The notes under the pieces were generated by a model. That model had not been told where the DNA came from and did no database searches. It was given only the letters and a program-made list of their open reading frames with translations. Below are positions 39,601 through 51,250 of a stretch of DNA of 64,000 nt, piece by piece. The stretch covers positions 48,923 through 112,922 of the forward strand of contig DF237068.1 in assembly GCA_000708835.1 (NCBI GenBank), in the 5' to 3' direction. Each line of letters begins with the position of its first letter. Position 1 is the first letter of the stretch. Source of the stretch: Klebsormidium nitens. Its lineage: Eukaryota; Plantae; Klebsormidiophyceae. The translations under genes were made by a program, and so were the position numbers.

Positions 39601-42600
39601 CCCAGCGAAGGGACTAGCTTCAAGTTTGCTCACAGCGGTGTGAAATGGCATCAAGCCACGGCTATAAACAGGATCGGTCGGAGCTGAGGAAAACCAAAGC
39701 CATAGAGTCATGAAAGCAACGATCCAGGCACTCGGACTCTGATCATCACGAGTGACAGGGAACGAGGGAAACGAGATTGCCGGGTAAAACGATCAGAATT
39801 CTTGCATCCGAACGAAACCTAGCTCAAACCGCAGACAACTTTGAAACTTCGAAACAACATGCCAGGCCGATCTAATCATACACACATGTAATCTGATCGA
39901 ATGCGCACAAATCTTTAGTATCCAACGGTCAAAAAGCAAATTCGGGCTCGAAGACACGCATCCGGAAAAAGGATGAACTTCTGAGTCATTCTCAGGGCCG
40001 GCGGTCTGTGGAAGATGCGAATATACACGCGAGAAGGCTCCGACTGTACATGATTGACTTTTACTCCGCAGCAAAGTCATCTACTCAAGCTGGCCTGCCG
40101 GTCATTCCGCCACTAGCCAAACTGTACAATCATTTCATCCCTTGTCGACCAGCGCGTCACAAAATTAGTTGATAATCCCTTCGACGCGATAACTTTGGGT
40201 CAAACGATTTCCGCTAAAACGAAGGCGAACGGCCGCGCTTTGTTGGCAACAATTTTACCACAGTCCAACCACAGAATTCTAGAACTCGGCTGTCGGGCGG
40301 AAAAACTGTATGAATTGGTGCGTTGCCAAACTCACGTCAAAACCCAAGGGCTCGTTAATCACCATCCGCTCCTTCTGCGGCAGCGTCTCTGTAGCCGATG
40401 ACCAGAACGAATCGAAACTAAAGGGCGTCAAAACGTGGTCGATCCCCCCTTCTGGGCAAAGCGTGCCCACTGGCAGTGACCGTCTCATCACCGCCAAACA
40501 TTGTCTAGGCCACCACTGCAAAAGCCGTAAAATACGGTGAAAGTGAGGAAACTTTCTACGGACCTCCGTGTACCGCATTCGAGAGTGTTCACACCAAAAA
40601 ACGCACTTGCTGGCTTTGCCCCCCTATGTGAAAACTTCGTCTTTCAGTCGACCTGATTTGCACGCCCCCTCCACGTATTTTCCGTAGGTTACCAGGTACA
40701 CTAGTGAACCGAACGCAATCAAGGCGCAGAACCTTCCGAACATAGAATCCAGTGCCTCATGACAAGTAGGTTAGGGCCCAAGCACGACGTCAGCCTTATT
40801 GAAAACCTCAAGGCTTTACGTCAAGAAGGATTCGGCGTCAGGATACAGAAGCGAGTGAGATACTAGATCTCAACAGTAGGTCATCCTTGCCATAATTGAC
40901 CTTCAAGAAGAGCGCAATCTATCCCCACCTCAGCAACAGAAAGATCGCGCAAAGAAGATTTGCGAACAGCCAGCACTTACCGGCAGTTCAAATCACAGCA
41001 CGGTAAGAACAGTCTCGTGCAGGCGGCGGATTTACCTTCGCCTATTCCAAACGCTTTCGATTTCTCTTACTTGAATTTTTCTAGCTAGGCTTATTCTGGC
41101 TACGCCATCCAAGCTTCTCATTGGTCGAGTAGTAGCCAGGGAGCTCCGCTGCCACGTTACGATTTACCGCACCAGACTTCGGAAACGGACGTCCTGAAAC
41201 CACCAAGCAAATAGCAGCTTACTCAAGAATGTACACCGACTGCAAAACGGCCAGGACAAGAAGCGCTTCACCCGAAGAACCTTCATACAGTCCGATTGAC
41301 ACTGGCCTGGGAAACGGTGGAATCGCAGGAGTGTTCTAAGACGCCTCTACAGTGGCCAAACAAGAAACGGCTTAATGACCCAAATTGGGACTTCCGACAA
41401 ATAATATATATATCAAGTGTCATTAGCACCGACGTGCATGTGAAAGTGTGTCGTCGTTTCTTACAAACGGACCGTTACTGATTGAACACCCAGTATGATC
41501 TACCATATCTCAAAGGAGTCAATGAGCGGCATTAGGATGCTGATTGAAACACGGTTGGCGACATCGAGTCAACACCGGATCCTAGCTGGTCGTCAAAGCC
41601 ATCGAAACTTTCCAGCTTTCCTGACTACACGCCTGATGAGAGAGAATTGTAACCGCAATCCATATGCAAGGCTTTGAGCAGCAGCTGTAAGCCACTGTCA
41701 TCAAAACTAAAAAGTTGGCGGACCAAAAAGTGGAGATTGTAATCAAGGGATCTTGCTTGAGGCCTCAGCTCCCTGTCGCATATGGGGTTTTCTTGTGACA
41801 GCCGGACAGCCACCGTCTCGGAGCATCAGTGGCAACTTTGAAGATCAAAGAGAACCAGTAAGTTTCGCAAGTGCCACTTAGCGTTTCAGTGCCTTGTCAA
41901 AGCCCGAGAGCAAGGTTCAGAAGGAGGCCGCGCGGCGGCATCATCTAGTGGCGTGGACTGTGAGCCCTCCTAATTCAAATACAACCTTGGACGTGCACAC
42001 AGCCCTCAACTATAAGGTTTGTGTCGACTCGGGCACTCGGTCGCAGCGGGCCAAGCAAACGTGCAATTGGGCTGTCCACAAAAATTCTTCATTGAGAAAT
42101 TAAATCTAGGACGCAGCGGCACTCCAAACGGGACAGGTGAGTGATGCCCAGGTCGGTCATATTCCTCGGAAATGCTTCAGCGTGCAAGAAGTTCGAAAAT
42201 TTGAAAAACCATAATAATCCGCACAAACCCAGAAAACTTGTTCTTAGTGGGAAGGATGCAACATACGCCATTCATCAGTCTACTTTCAAGTCACATTCAC
42301 TGCTCGAAAAGACAATCGGAAACCTAGAGGGCTATGCTCAGTAACACATATGTCCGCTTTCTACAAGGCCCGATCGACTGAAGAAGACCGGCCTCAGAGG
42401 CGATTTACGCAGGCCAGACTGCCTTGGCGGGATGCCGGCACCGCGGTACGTGACCTTGTCCTCGCCCGTCCAGCTGGTTTCTTGAAGGAACTCTGACGAA
42501 TGACAATTCTTTGTGAAGCGAGATGAAGACCAGATCACCTATGCAAAAGCTGCCAAATCAAGAATGGCTTGGCTTGCCACTTCTCCGGCGGGATAATCGT

Positions 42601-45600
42601 GCAATCGGTAGAGGACGACTCGGAGACGTCGCATACTAGGGAATCGAGACAGCTTCAAGTTTCCATTGCTCCTTCAACAGAAGTTCTGCGAACCGCTTGA
42701 AACGAGTAAAGGAGGAGCTATTGGTGTGCTTCGAACACTTGAGAAGATGAACCCTCTAACTGTTTATCCCCCACAAAGGAGACGAGCATGACGCGCCGTG
42801 CCTGAAGCAAGCATATCACCAGTGACAACACTCCGTCAACACAAGTTCAATCACAATCAATTCAGGAAATTCTGTGAAACTTCGAGCCACTGTTGTCGAG
42901 ATTCACATGTCAAGGAGCAAGACTCGATCTGAAGTGACGCACATCGTATTGGCTTCCGCTAGGCCATGGAGCTGACATTCAGGAAGGGGCAAACACTTTA
43001 GGGAAAGCAAACGCTTGAAGGCAGGCAGCCAAGCACGGTGGTGGGCTGTCGATTCGAGATGACACCCTGATTCGAGATGACACGCTGAGATGCAAACTTG
43101 CGAGGGCCACTCGAAGGCTTCGAGTTCTGAGAAAGAAACATAGCCCTCCAAGCGTCTCGATCTTTGACATCGCTTGTTCCCCAAAGGTTGCTTTGCATCC
43201 TCGCCCGACCAAAGACCTTTTGATTTCCTAAGAGCCCATGTGCAATTGTAATCAGAGGGTTTTCAATTGGGGCTTGCCAAACGATCTGCCACGTCATCAA
43301 TCGAAAGCAGCCTCCGATTAATGACCTTGCTCACACCTCCGTATTTTAAGCGGTTGACAAGGTACGAGGTGACACGAGAAAACGACCAAAGATTATCCTG
43401 CTTCCGCGGAACGTTCTCAAGCTAAACGTGCAAACCGCTTCGCAAAGCACATCAAAGCCAGTCTCATCACTGTCCCCTCCAACCAAAGGGAATTTTGTAT
43501 GCCAGACGACGTAAAGCATCGCGGGCACCTCGGATTGGAAAAGGATGCGGGTCGATCGATCTTCTGGTCACTTTGTAGACGGGACAAGATACTCATGCAA
43601 TGCGGATCTAATTTAAAATCATTAATCTCACTCCAAACAGCAAGCTCTTGTAGCTGGCCTGACGCACGTTCGGCCAGTTTAGACAGCTTGATTAACACAG
43701 CATTTCAACGAGCAGGTAGTACGATTGTTCTAAGAGGAAGAGCATACGTCTCAAAGTGAATCCTAGGTGGTGCTAAAGACGTGCTTCCAAACACGTGTTC
43801 CGGTCAAAGAAGAGTGGACGTCCAACGACGCTTTGCCATGGCAAAGCATTCAAGAAGTTTAAAGACACGAGAGTGGAGTCCAGCGAACAGGGGTTAGTAT
43901 CATGGTTCGATTGAATAACAGAACAGCGCAGCGCCAATTTTACGTGACCACTCGCATGCTCCTTCCGTGAATCTGACCTTTCCTTCTGCAGTGCATGTCG
44001 CAGATCGACCAGAAAATCTTCAAGGAATGGCATCGGCGATGCAGTTGCACCCTTGGGCAGAGAGTGCCCACTGGCAGCGGCCACCTTATCATTGCCAAAC
44101 AGATACCGCAGCTGGCGACCTTGTTGGAATGCATACTTTCCACCAACCTCCGCCAACTGCATCTGCAAATGTCTGTAGATTTGTATTTCTGAGTCCACTT
44201 AGGACTACAGTAGATTGAATCGGAGAAGGTTCCAACATAACATGCAGTGCGCAGCGCGGAGGTCTTGTGACGAAAAACCTAGGGCCCGAAGCTAGGGCCC
44301 GCGACCTCAGCCTTCTCGTGAATATCAGGGGTTCGTAAGATATGTGTCAAGCAATGCAGCGTCAGAACGAGTAGCGTGACTGGAAAATTGGATGTCCACA
44401 GAATTCTCATCCTTGCCCAGAGCATCACACAGTAATGAATTTCCACCTCAGCCGCAAGAAGACTAAGCAAAGCAGATTGTGCAAACAGCCACCGCACTCA
44501 GAGCTGGTTCTTACCGTACACGATAGCAAGGATCTCGTATACAGACAATTAATCCACCTTCGCCAATGTAAACCTTCGCATCTAGGCTTTGACAGACCTT
44601 CTTCTGAGCTAGGTTTTATCTGGCTATGCCTCTTAAGACCTCTCAGTGGCTAAGTGGCCATCGAGCGCCGCTGTCCAGTTACGAGCCCCAACAACCACTC
44701 GATCCTCGCAACGGACGTTGAGCCATGCACGGTGGCAATGGGCAAGGTCACTAGAGCGCATACGCAAACAAGAGAAAACGGCCCGGGTAAGAAGATGTTC
44801 TTCCTCTGACTTTCTGCGCAAGGGAGCTATTGGAATTCTGCTCAGCCGACTTCTTGCTTTTGGGAACACCTTAGGATCTGAGTTTCGTAGGACAACGGCT
44901 TGACGAATAGTGGGTTCACCGAACGGTCGAAGACTGGTTCAGTGGCCGAACTGCTGACCGCTAATTGTGAGAGACAGGCCATGATGTTGACCGTGACCGT
45001 CGTTGGAAACGGACCCGTCACTTTCGAAAAGCGGAACGATAGTGCAATCAAGGTGCCAGTGCGATATAGATACCTGACAGACGGCCCTCTATGAGTGGCA
45101 TCAAGCTATGAAAAGGTAGACCATGCTGTTTGGCTCTACTGAGCCAGCCTGCGTGGTCATCAAACCCGCCGGAGCCTTCGTTTAAAGTTGTGACTGCACT
45201 CAGGCTTGGAAAACAAAACATGAAGAACGAACCGCCATGTGTAAATGGCTTCCGGCAACAAGCCTAGAGAACACGGTGTCCTCTAGCAAAAGAAAGTCGG
45301 TCTTGACTGAGGAACTGCAAGGCAACACGTCGGGCCTCAGCTTCTCCGAAGGCAAACATATGTGGCTGCGAGCAGCCACTCTGTCGAGGCATCATTGGCG
45401 ACTTCAAACACCATAGAAGAGAGGAGTAAAAGTTTGCGAGTGGATAGTAAAGTTCAACGAGAGGCCGCCGCAGCTGCGGCAACATCATCACGTGGATCAT
45501 ATTGTTATTGCGGGCACAACAATCAGAATGTGGGGCAAGGAGAAGTATGCGGTACAACGAAGCTAAGGCTGAGGCCTGGTGGAAAATGGTGGCATCAATA
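36700..45600 (-). pseudogene. Array units 5-7 (partial or rearranged copies at ~36.7-38.9, 38.9-42.2 and 42.3-45.6 kb)
   Basis: FDGLDDQES (~38160), FGGDETVTASGHALPR (~40480), FDGFDDQ (~41600), DRELRPQA (~41770), LFGNDKVAAASGHSLPKG (~44080), and the GCCGCCGCAGCTGCGGC block at ~45465. Confidence 0.7.
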
Positions 45601-45849
45601 TATTTGACAAGTGACGTCCAATCGACTGTCACGGCGTAGGAGTTGAGCGGTCCGATCAACGCTCAAGCCGTCCGATTGGAGGCTGTCAAGACTGTCGGAT
45701 CAGCGGAATGAAAGAAAGGGCAAGGCAAAGGGAAAAGGGAAAGGGCAAGGCAAACAGAGGGGGAAACGGCACACATACCGTAGACATGGTACACGGGCCG
45801 CCTGGAAGTCGGGCAGCCAGGGATAGCGATGGGCCGTCCCTAAGATTCG

Positions 45850-48800
45850 GTTTCAGGTGCTTAGTTTGACGACCACAAGCTAAGAGGCAAGAGGACTAAA
45901 TCAAAAATAGTCAGGAGCAGTTGAAACCGTCCGAGCGTCAAGATCGACAGAATGTGGATTTAATTGCTTCCCAGTCTCGCGAATACATCCCTGCCCGACG
46001 GACTCGTCCAACTATCAAGAAACTCGAATCAGAAGGCTTGCCACACGATCTGGAACAGCGTGAAAGAGATTGAGATTCGCTCAACATTGCCGACACTTTT
46101 ACTTGTAGCGTGGAGCCGCCGCGAGATTTGGCTGGACAGTAGACTATGCATCAAAATACACAAAATCCGAAATCAGCTAATGACAGCCAGAGTCCTACAT
46201 TACAGCATGAAATAGAACGCGGTCAGAAGACAAAGAATGGCCAGAGCTCCGCTGCCGCTACCGGAGAATTCGCTGAAAGTGCAAACCGCTTCGGAAGCGG
46301 ATCCAAGGCCAGCTCCGTATATGTGGCCGAAAGTACAATGAACGATCTTTGTCCAAAGGTCAAAGTAATTCTGGGCCTCGCAATCAGGCCACCGAAAAAC
46401 ATTGCGTGCTTCGGATTCTCTTCTGGCCGATGGCAGACTGGGCAGCATACGTACGAGAAGGGTTTGACTCTAGATGACGGACTTCACTCCAAACAGCAGG
46501 CTTATGTTTTGGACGTGGGCGGACACATTCCTGCCACCGGCCAACTTTGGATGGTTCAACCCTGGCCGACTAGGCTCATCAATTACCAGGTATGACCAGG
46601 ACAAGCATGGCAGAATCGAGCGGAATCGTAAATAACCGGAACCTAGGCAGCGTCTCTGTCACCGATAAGCAGAACAAGAAAAATGGCCATCAGTTCTGAG
46701 CCCTCCTGGGCAAAGAATTCCCACTGGTCGGGCCGCTGATCGTCATTGCCAAACAAAATACAGGCCGCCCTACTTAAATTGCAGTTGCCGAGGACCTCCG
46801 TATCGTGCATCCGCAAGTGCTTGTTGCACCAAAAGACGTACTTGTTGCTGGGGGTGCCCCTATATGACGGATCAGTTTCTGAGAAAGATCGCGTGCCGTC
46901 TAGAGATTCTCCGAGATTCAGTTGGAACCCGGAAGGGAGTGCCACTAAAGCGGCATAGAATCTTGACATTCAATGAAGAGCTCCTTGACGAGAAATGCAG
47001 AAGCCATGACGTCACCATGACTGGGAAAAATGCGGATTGTAAAAGTGTGTCAAAAGAGAAGAAATGGCGTCAGAAATCAGATCAGCTAGTGAGATACTAG
47101 ATCTCAACAAGCAGGAAAATCCTTGCCCACTTAGCATCTTTCAGCGCAAAATCTCCACCTCAGCCGCAGGAAGAAGGTTGCGAAGTAGATTATGCAAACA
47201 GCCACTGCACTTAATGGCAGTTTTGATAGTAAAAACTTAAGGGATCGACTTTGCTCCGACGCCGCATCCGCATTTGCAAACGCTTCCAGCGTTTTGACAA
47301 TCATAATGAGCAGAGCACACGAGTCCTTTCATTCGCATGCCCTAAATCATCATCCTTTGAAAAGACAACTCGTGAGAGCCCGATGGACCAAAGTGTTTAC
47401 AAGTCGGTGGAGCGGGAACAACAAGAAGAGCATGCCCTACCCGTTCATTCTTATGCATCGTATACGACTGCATTCTTGGAGGTACTTGAGCAAGAAGCGG
47501 TTCGTTCATCCGAATCCAGGAACTCCGACTTATAGGTCCATAGACTGCAAGAACGGATTAAGGGAGGGTCAAACTGCTTTCGGACTCAACAAGCGCTTCT
47601 TTGCGTGCACGAGATTACCCGTCAAAGAAAAGATCAATCAAGAGCCTGACAGCCAAATGCTTCTTTCAAGAGAATAAAGTTAGACTACGACAATATTATC
47701 GCAGCTAGCGTATCTTCGTATCAAGTACCCGGCTTGCCATGTTCGAACTTGATTCGGCTTGCGGTTAAGATTACTTTCCGCAGATAAAGCGTGCTTCACA
47801 GACTAGTCAGTGGACAGTCAGGGGCCAACTATAAGCCAGCGTTAGAGCTACCACGAGTCAGATTCACAGCAGTTCTAGCATGACTTTGGGCATGCGCTAC
47901 GACTCAACATTGTGCGCTTCGCAGAGCGCAGCCAAACGTTGAAATTGGACAATTCGAAAGCTTCCACCGTGCAATTCAAAAGGCACCTCTTTCAGCAGAT
48001 TTCTACTTGAAACGTCGTTGAAAACAATTCTCTATGGGTTAGCGGACCAGGGCCGCCAGCTAAGTTCTTCGCGACTGGGCCGTGGAAATGTCCAAGTTGG
48101 TCAAAGTCACGGGCTGGAAGTCTGGCGGCCAAGCACGGCGATGCGCCATCCCTGACCTGGTTCAAGGTGCTTTACGTAGGTTTGCAAGCTGAGAGGCAAG
48201 AGGACTAAATCCAAATGGTCACGAGTGGACTCAACCGTTCGACAGAGAGCGTCAAGACCAAACAAATTCTGGGTTTGATTGCTTCCCAGTCTTTCGGAAT
48301 ACATCCCCGCCCGACGGATTTGTCAATTTTCTAAGACCCTTCGATCAAAAGGCTTGCCACACGATCTGGAACTCCATGATAGAGATTAGATCCACTTGAT
48401 CTTGCCGACAATCTCACTTCTGCGATGGAGCCGCCGTGCGGTTGGCGGACAGATAGATCATACCGCAGTATCCAAAATCAGCCGCTGACAGCCAGAATCT
48501 ATAATAAAGCATGCCGTGGAACGCAGTCAAAAGACAAAACGGCCAAAGCTCTGGCGCCACTACCGGACAACCCGTAACGGAAAGTGCAAATCGTTTGAAA
48601 GCGGACGCAAGGCCACCTTGGACCGTTTTACCGAAAGTACAATGAACTGTCCTTGTACAATTGTGGGCCCCGCAGATAGGCAGTCGGGAAAAGATTGCGT
48701 CTTCAGGAACCTCTTTGGCCGGTGGCAGACTGGGCAGAATACGCTCAATGTAGAAGGATCTGACTCTAGATGACGGACTTCACTCCTGACAGCAGGTTTA

Positions 48801-49870
48801 TGTACCGGACTTGGGTGGACGAGGTCCTGCCACCGGCCAAGCTTGAATGTCTTCAATTTCGGTCAATTAGGCTCATCAACCAGGTCAACAGGACAATCAG
48901 GGCAGACTTGAGCGGAATCCCAAAAAGAACGGAATACCAGGCAGCGACTCTGTCACCGATGACCAGAAAGTTGAAATTAGGCATTAGTCCTGACGGCCCT
49001 CCTGGGTAAAGGAATGCCCACTGGAGGGGCCGCTAATCGTCATCGCCAAACAGCTTACGGGCCATCTTACTAAAATTGCGGTTGGTAAGGACCTACAAGC
49101 CCTTCGGGATGCACGAAAAGACATACTTGCTGGCTCTGCAAGTAGTTGCATCAGTTTCCGAAGGGGTTTGCACGGCGTGTTCAAAGTTTTCTTCGAGATT
49201 TAGTCGGAACAGGGAAGCGAGTGCCCCCAAAGCGGCTTACCTTTTTGACGTACAACGAAGGGCTCCAAGGGTTGCAATGCAGGCCCCATGACGTCAGCGT
49301 GATTGAACTTTCATGGATTAAGAAGTTATGTCAAAAGTTAAGAAACGGCGTCAGAAATCAGATCAGCGAGTGAGATACTAGATCTCAACAAGCAGAAATA
49401 TCCTTGCCACTAAGCATGTTTGAGATCACTGTCTCCAAATCAACCGCAGGTAAAATGTTGCGAAGTAAGTTGTGCAAAAAGCCACTGCGCTTACTGGCAG
49501 TCTTTACGGTACACATCCAAGGAACTTTGCTTTGACGGCATTTCCGCTTTTGCGAACGCTTCCAGCGTTTTGACAATCATATTGAGCAGAACACACGAGT
49601 CCGTTCATTCGCAAGTCCTAAATCATCACTTTATGAGAAAGGGAACTTGTGAGAGCACGATGGACCAATGTCTTTGCAACTAAGTGGAGCGAAAACAACA
49701 CAAAAAGTATATGTTATACCCGTTCGTGTGTATGCCTTGTCTAAGCCCCCCGCGTTTCTCAAATCCGCATCTGGATTTGAAGGTACTCAAGCAGGAAGCC
49801 GTCCACTCATCCGAAATCTGGAACTCCGACTTATAGGTTCGCAGTCTGCAAGAACGGAGTAAGAGGGTCA
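45850..49870 (-). pseudogene. Array units 8 and 9: ~2.3 kb tandem duplicate of the central part of the gene
   Basis: 45880 GCTAAGAGGCAAGAGGACTAAATC matches 48189 GCTGAGAGGCAAGAGGACTAAATC, and 47095 GATACTAGATCTCAACAAGCAG matches 49375. Shared LFG[ND]DD, LLRN.LPA..(V/L)E, ILPSLP...VHCTFG, LADFG. Confidence 0.8.
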
Positions 49871-50669
49871 AGCTTCTCTCGGGACTGGACAGAGGGCATT
49901 TTTATCCGGAACGACAGCCAGAGCCCGAATCAGAAATAACATGCTGCTGTCGCTTTATTGGTCCCACTTCATGGTTTGGCGGTTTGGCCGAAATACTGTC
50001 TCAACAGAGGCGAATCTGGTTCACCGATCTGACTGCTTACGACTCCTGCCGTCAAGGATGCATGTTCAAGTTTTGGCGCCTCGAAGAAGGCCAAGCCTTT
50101 AAGATTATTACAACCTCCAAGGACAAGAAACTTCCAGCCGTGACTGGTCTTGACGTCGGAAAAAAGAGGTCTAGACGGACTGACGTTTGGCACGAGCAAA
50201 ACGACGTCTTATTTTATACCGCAGGAAAGCGGACACCAGCCTCAAGGCTTTTAGAATCGGTGCCGCTTGGTGCCTCGCTCACGCTTCTAACAAGTCCGGT
50301 ATCAACCGGCTCCTTTAGGGGCCAATTGCTTTATGAAATCACTCGGAGGACGATTTGGGTTAGGGTGGGGGTTAGGGCCGGTGTGGGTGCGGAGCGTGTG
50401 ACAATTTGATTTAGGGTTTTGTTGTGGTGCTCGGGGCTTATGTATCTTATATCAATCTTCGGATACAAAGTCTGGAGCTACCAGTATCTTCTAGCAGGTG
50501 GTCCTCGCTTCTTGGCACTGCCGAAACATGACTGTGAAATCAGAGGGATCCCTGGGACAGAAACCCACGAAAGCCGTTACTGAGAGGCATTTGAGCAAAG
50601 GCAAACTGGGTCAATTTAATTCGTAGCTGTCGAAAGAGTCGCTCACTCGTGTAGGGGCGCCGCTCACTC

Positions 50670-51250
50670 GTGTTGTCCTCTTCCCGGTCAAAGTCGCTCC
50701 CCTTCCCGCGCTTCTCATTTCAAGCGGAACGGTCCATGACCTCCTGTATTCCGGAACCGACCGTAATTTCACTTGTCCATTCTGGCCGGACGTCTGCAGA
50801 ATGTAAACGACAGCAGAATTCGGACAGTGAGAGCGACTCGAGGATTTCTTCAACTTCAGAGGGGCGCTTTGTCGGTTAAGTAAGCTTGACAGATCGGAAA
50901 CAAAAACTAAACGACGGACTCTCGGGGGAGGCGCGAAAGTGTAGCGACATTTATTTCTTATTTGCAGAACGAATCAAGAAGATCCTGTGCCAGCATCCTA
51001 GGAGTAGATTTTCCTGGTCGCAACAAGCGCCAGGCCTTTCACTCGATGATATAAAGACTCAAGCTGCGCTTTGGCCTTTGGCCGTCAAGCTTTGTATCGC
51101 GCCGCTGGGTAAGATTTGGAAAAAACGTGGCGTTAGTACTTGTGAGCCTGTGCGGGAACTCCTGTAAGAATCTGAAGCAAGCCTTTACTGGATTGCCCTT
51201 GACAAGCAAGACACTGTTCTCGAAGCAGGTTTCAGGCAGGTGGTTTGACC
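50670..51250 (+). pseudogene. Possible SF2 (RecQ/DEAD-like) helicase relic
   Basis: One frame of ~190 codons has only two internal stops and ends in VSTCEPVRELL*ESEASLYWIALDKQDTVLEAGFRQVV, resembling motifs Ib/II (hhDEAHxhhxxGFR). No Walker A seen. Confidence 0.22.

Larger units (their letters stand above)
6430..49900 (-). repeat. Large degenerate head-to-tail tandem array of one unknown gene family (at least 10 full or partial units)
   Basis: Diagnostic blocks recur in the same orientation. GAGTGCCCACTGG-like sites lie at ~9583, 13142, 23577, 32520, 40461, 44062, 46715 and 49012. AGGCCTCAGCTCC-like sites lie at ~17990, 24418, 33410, 38334 and 41760. The GGCGCxATCGAGCC...CATCAAxGCCATC block lies at ~17775, 24212, 28012, 33195, 38122 and 41558. 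CCGGCxTCAGAxG-like sites lie at ~20830, 21656, 26385, 30676, 35427 and 42387. Confidence 0.9.

Noticed and set aside
45715-45770. Polypurine tract GAAAGGGCAAGGCAAAGGGAAAAGGG as an LTR-retrotransposon PPT
   Set aside because: No adjacent LTR (TG...CA direct repeat), gag/pol or PBS. It is probably low-complexity sequence.
47192-47677. Plus-strand 161-aa ORF (also 24764-25021 and 33806-34123) as independent genes
   Set aside because: These lie antisense to the array gene, and their conservation is explained by DNA-level duplication. Conservative and synonymous patterns in older paralogs favour the minus strand, though not decisively.
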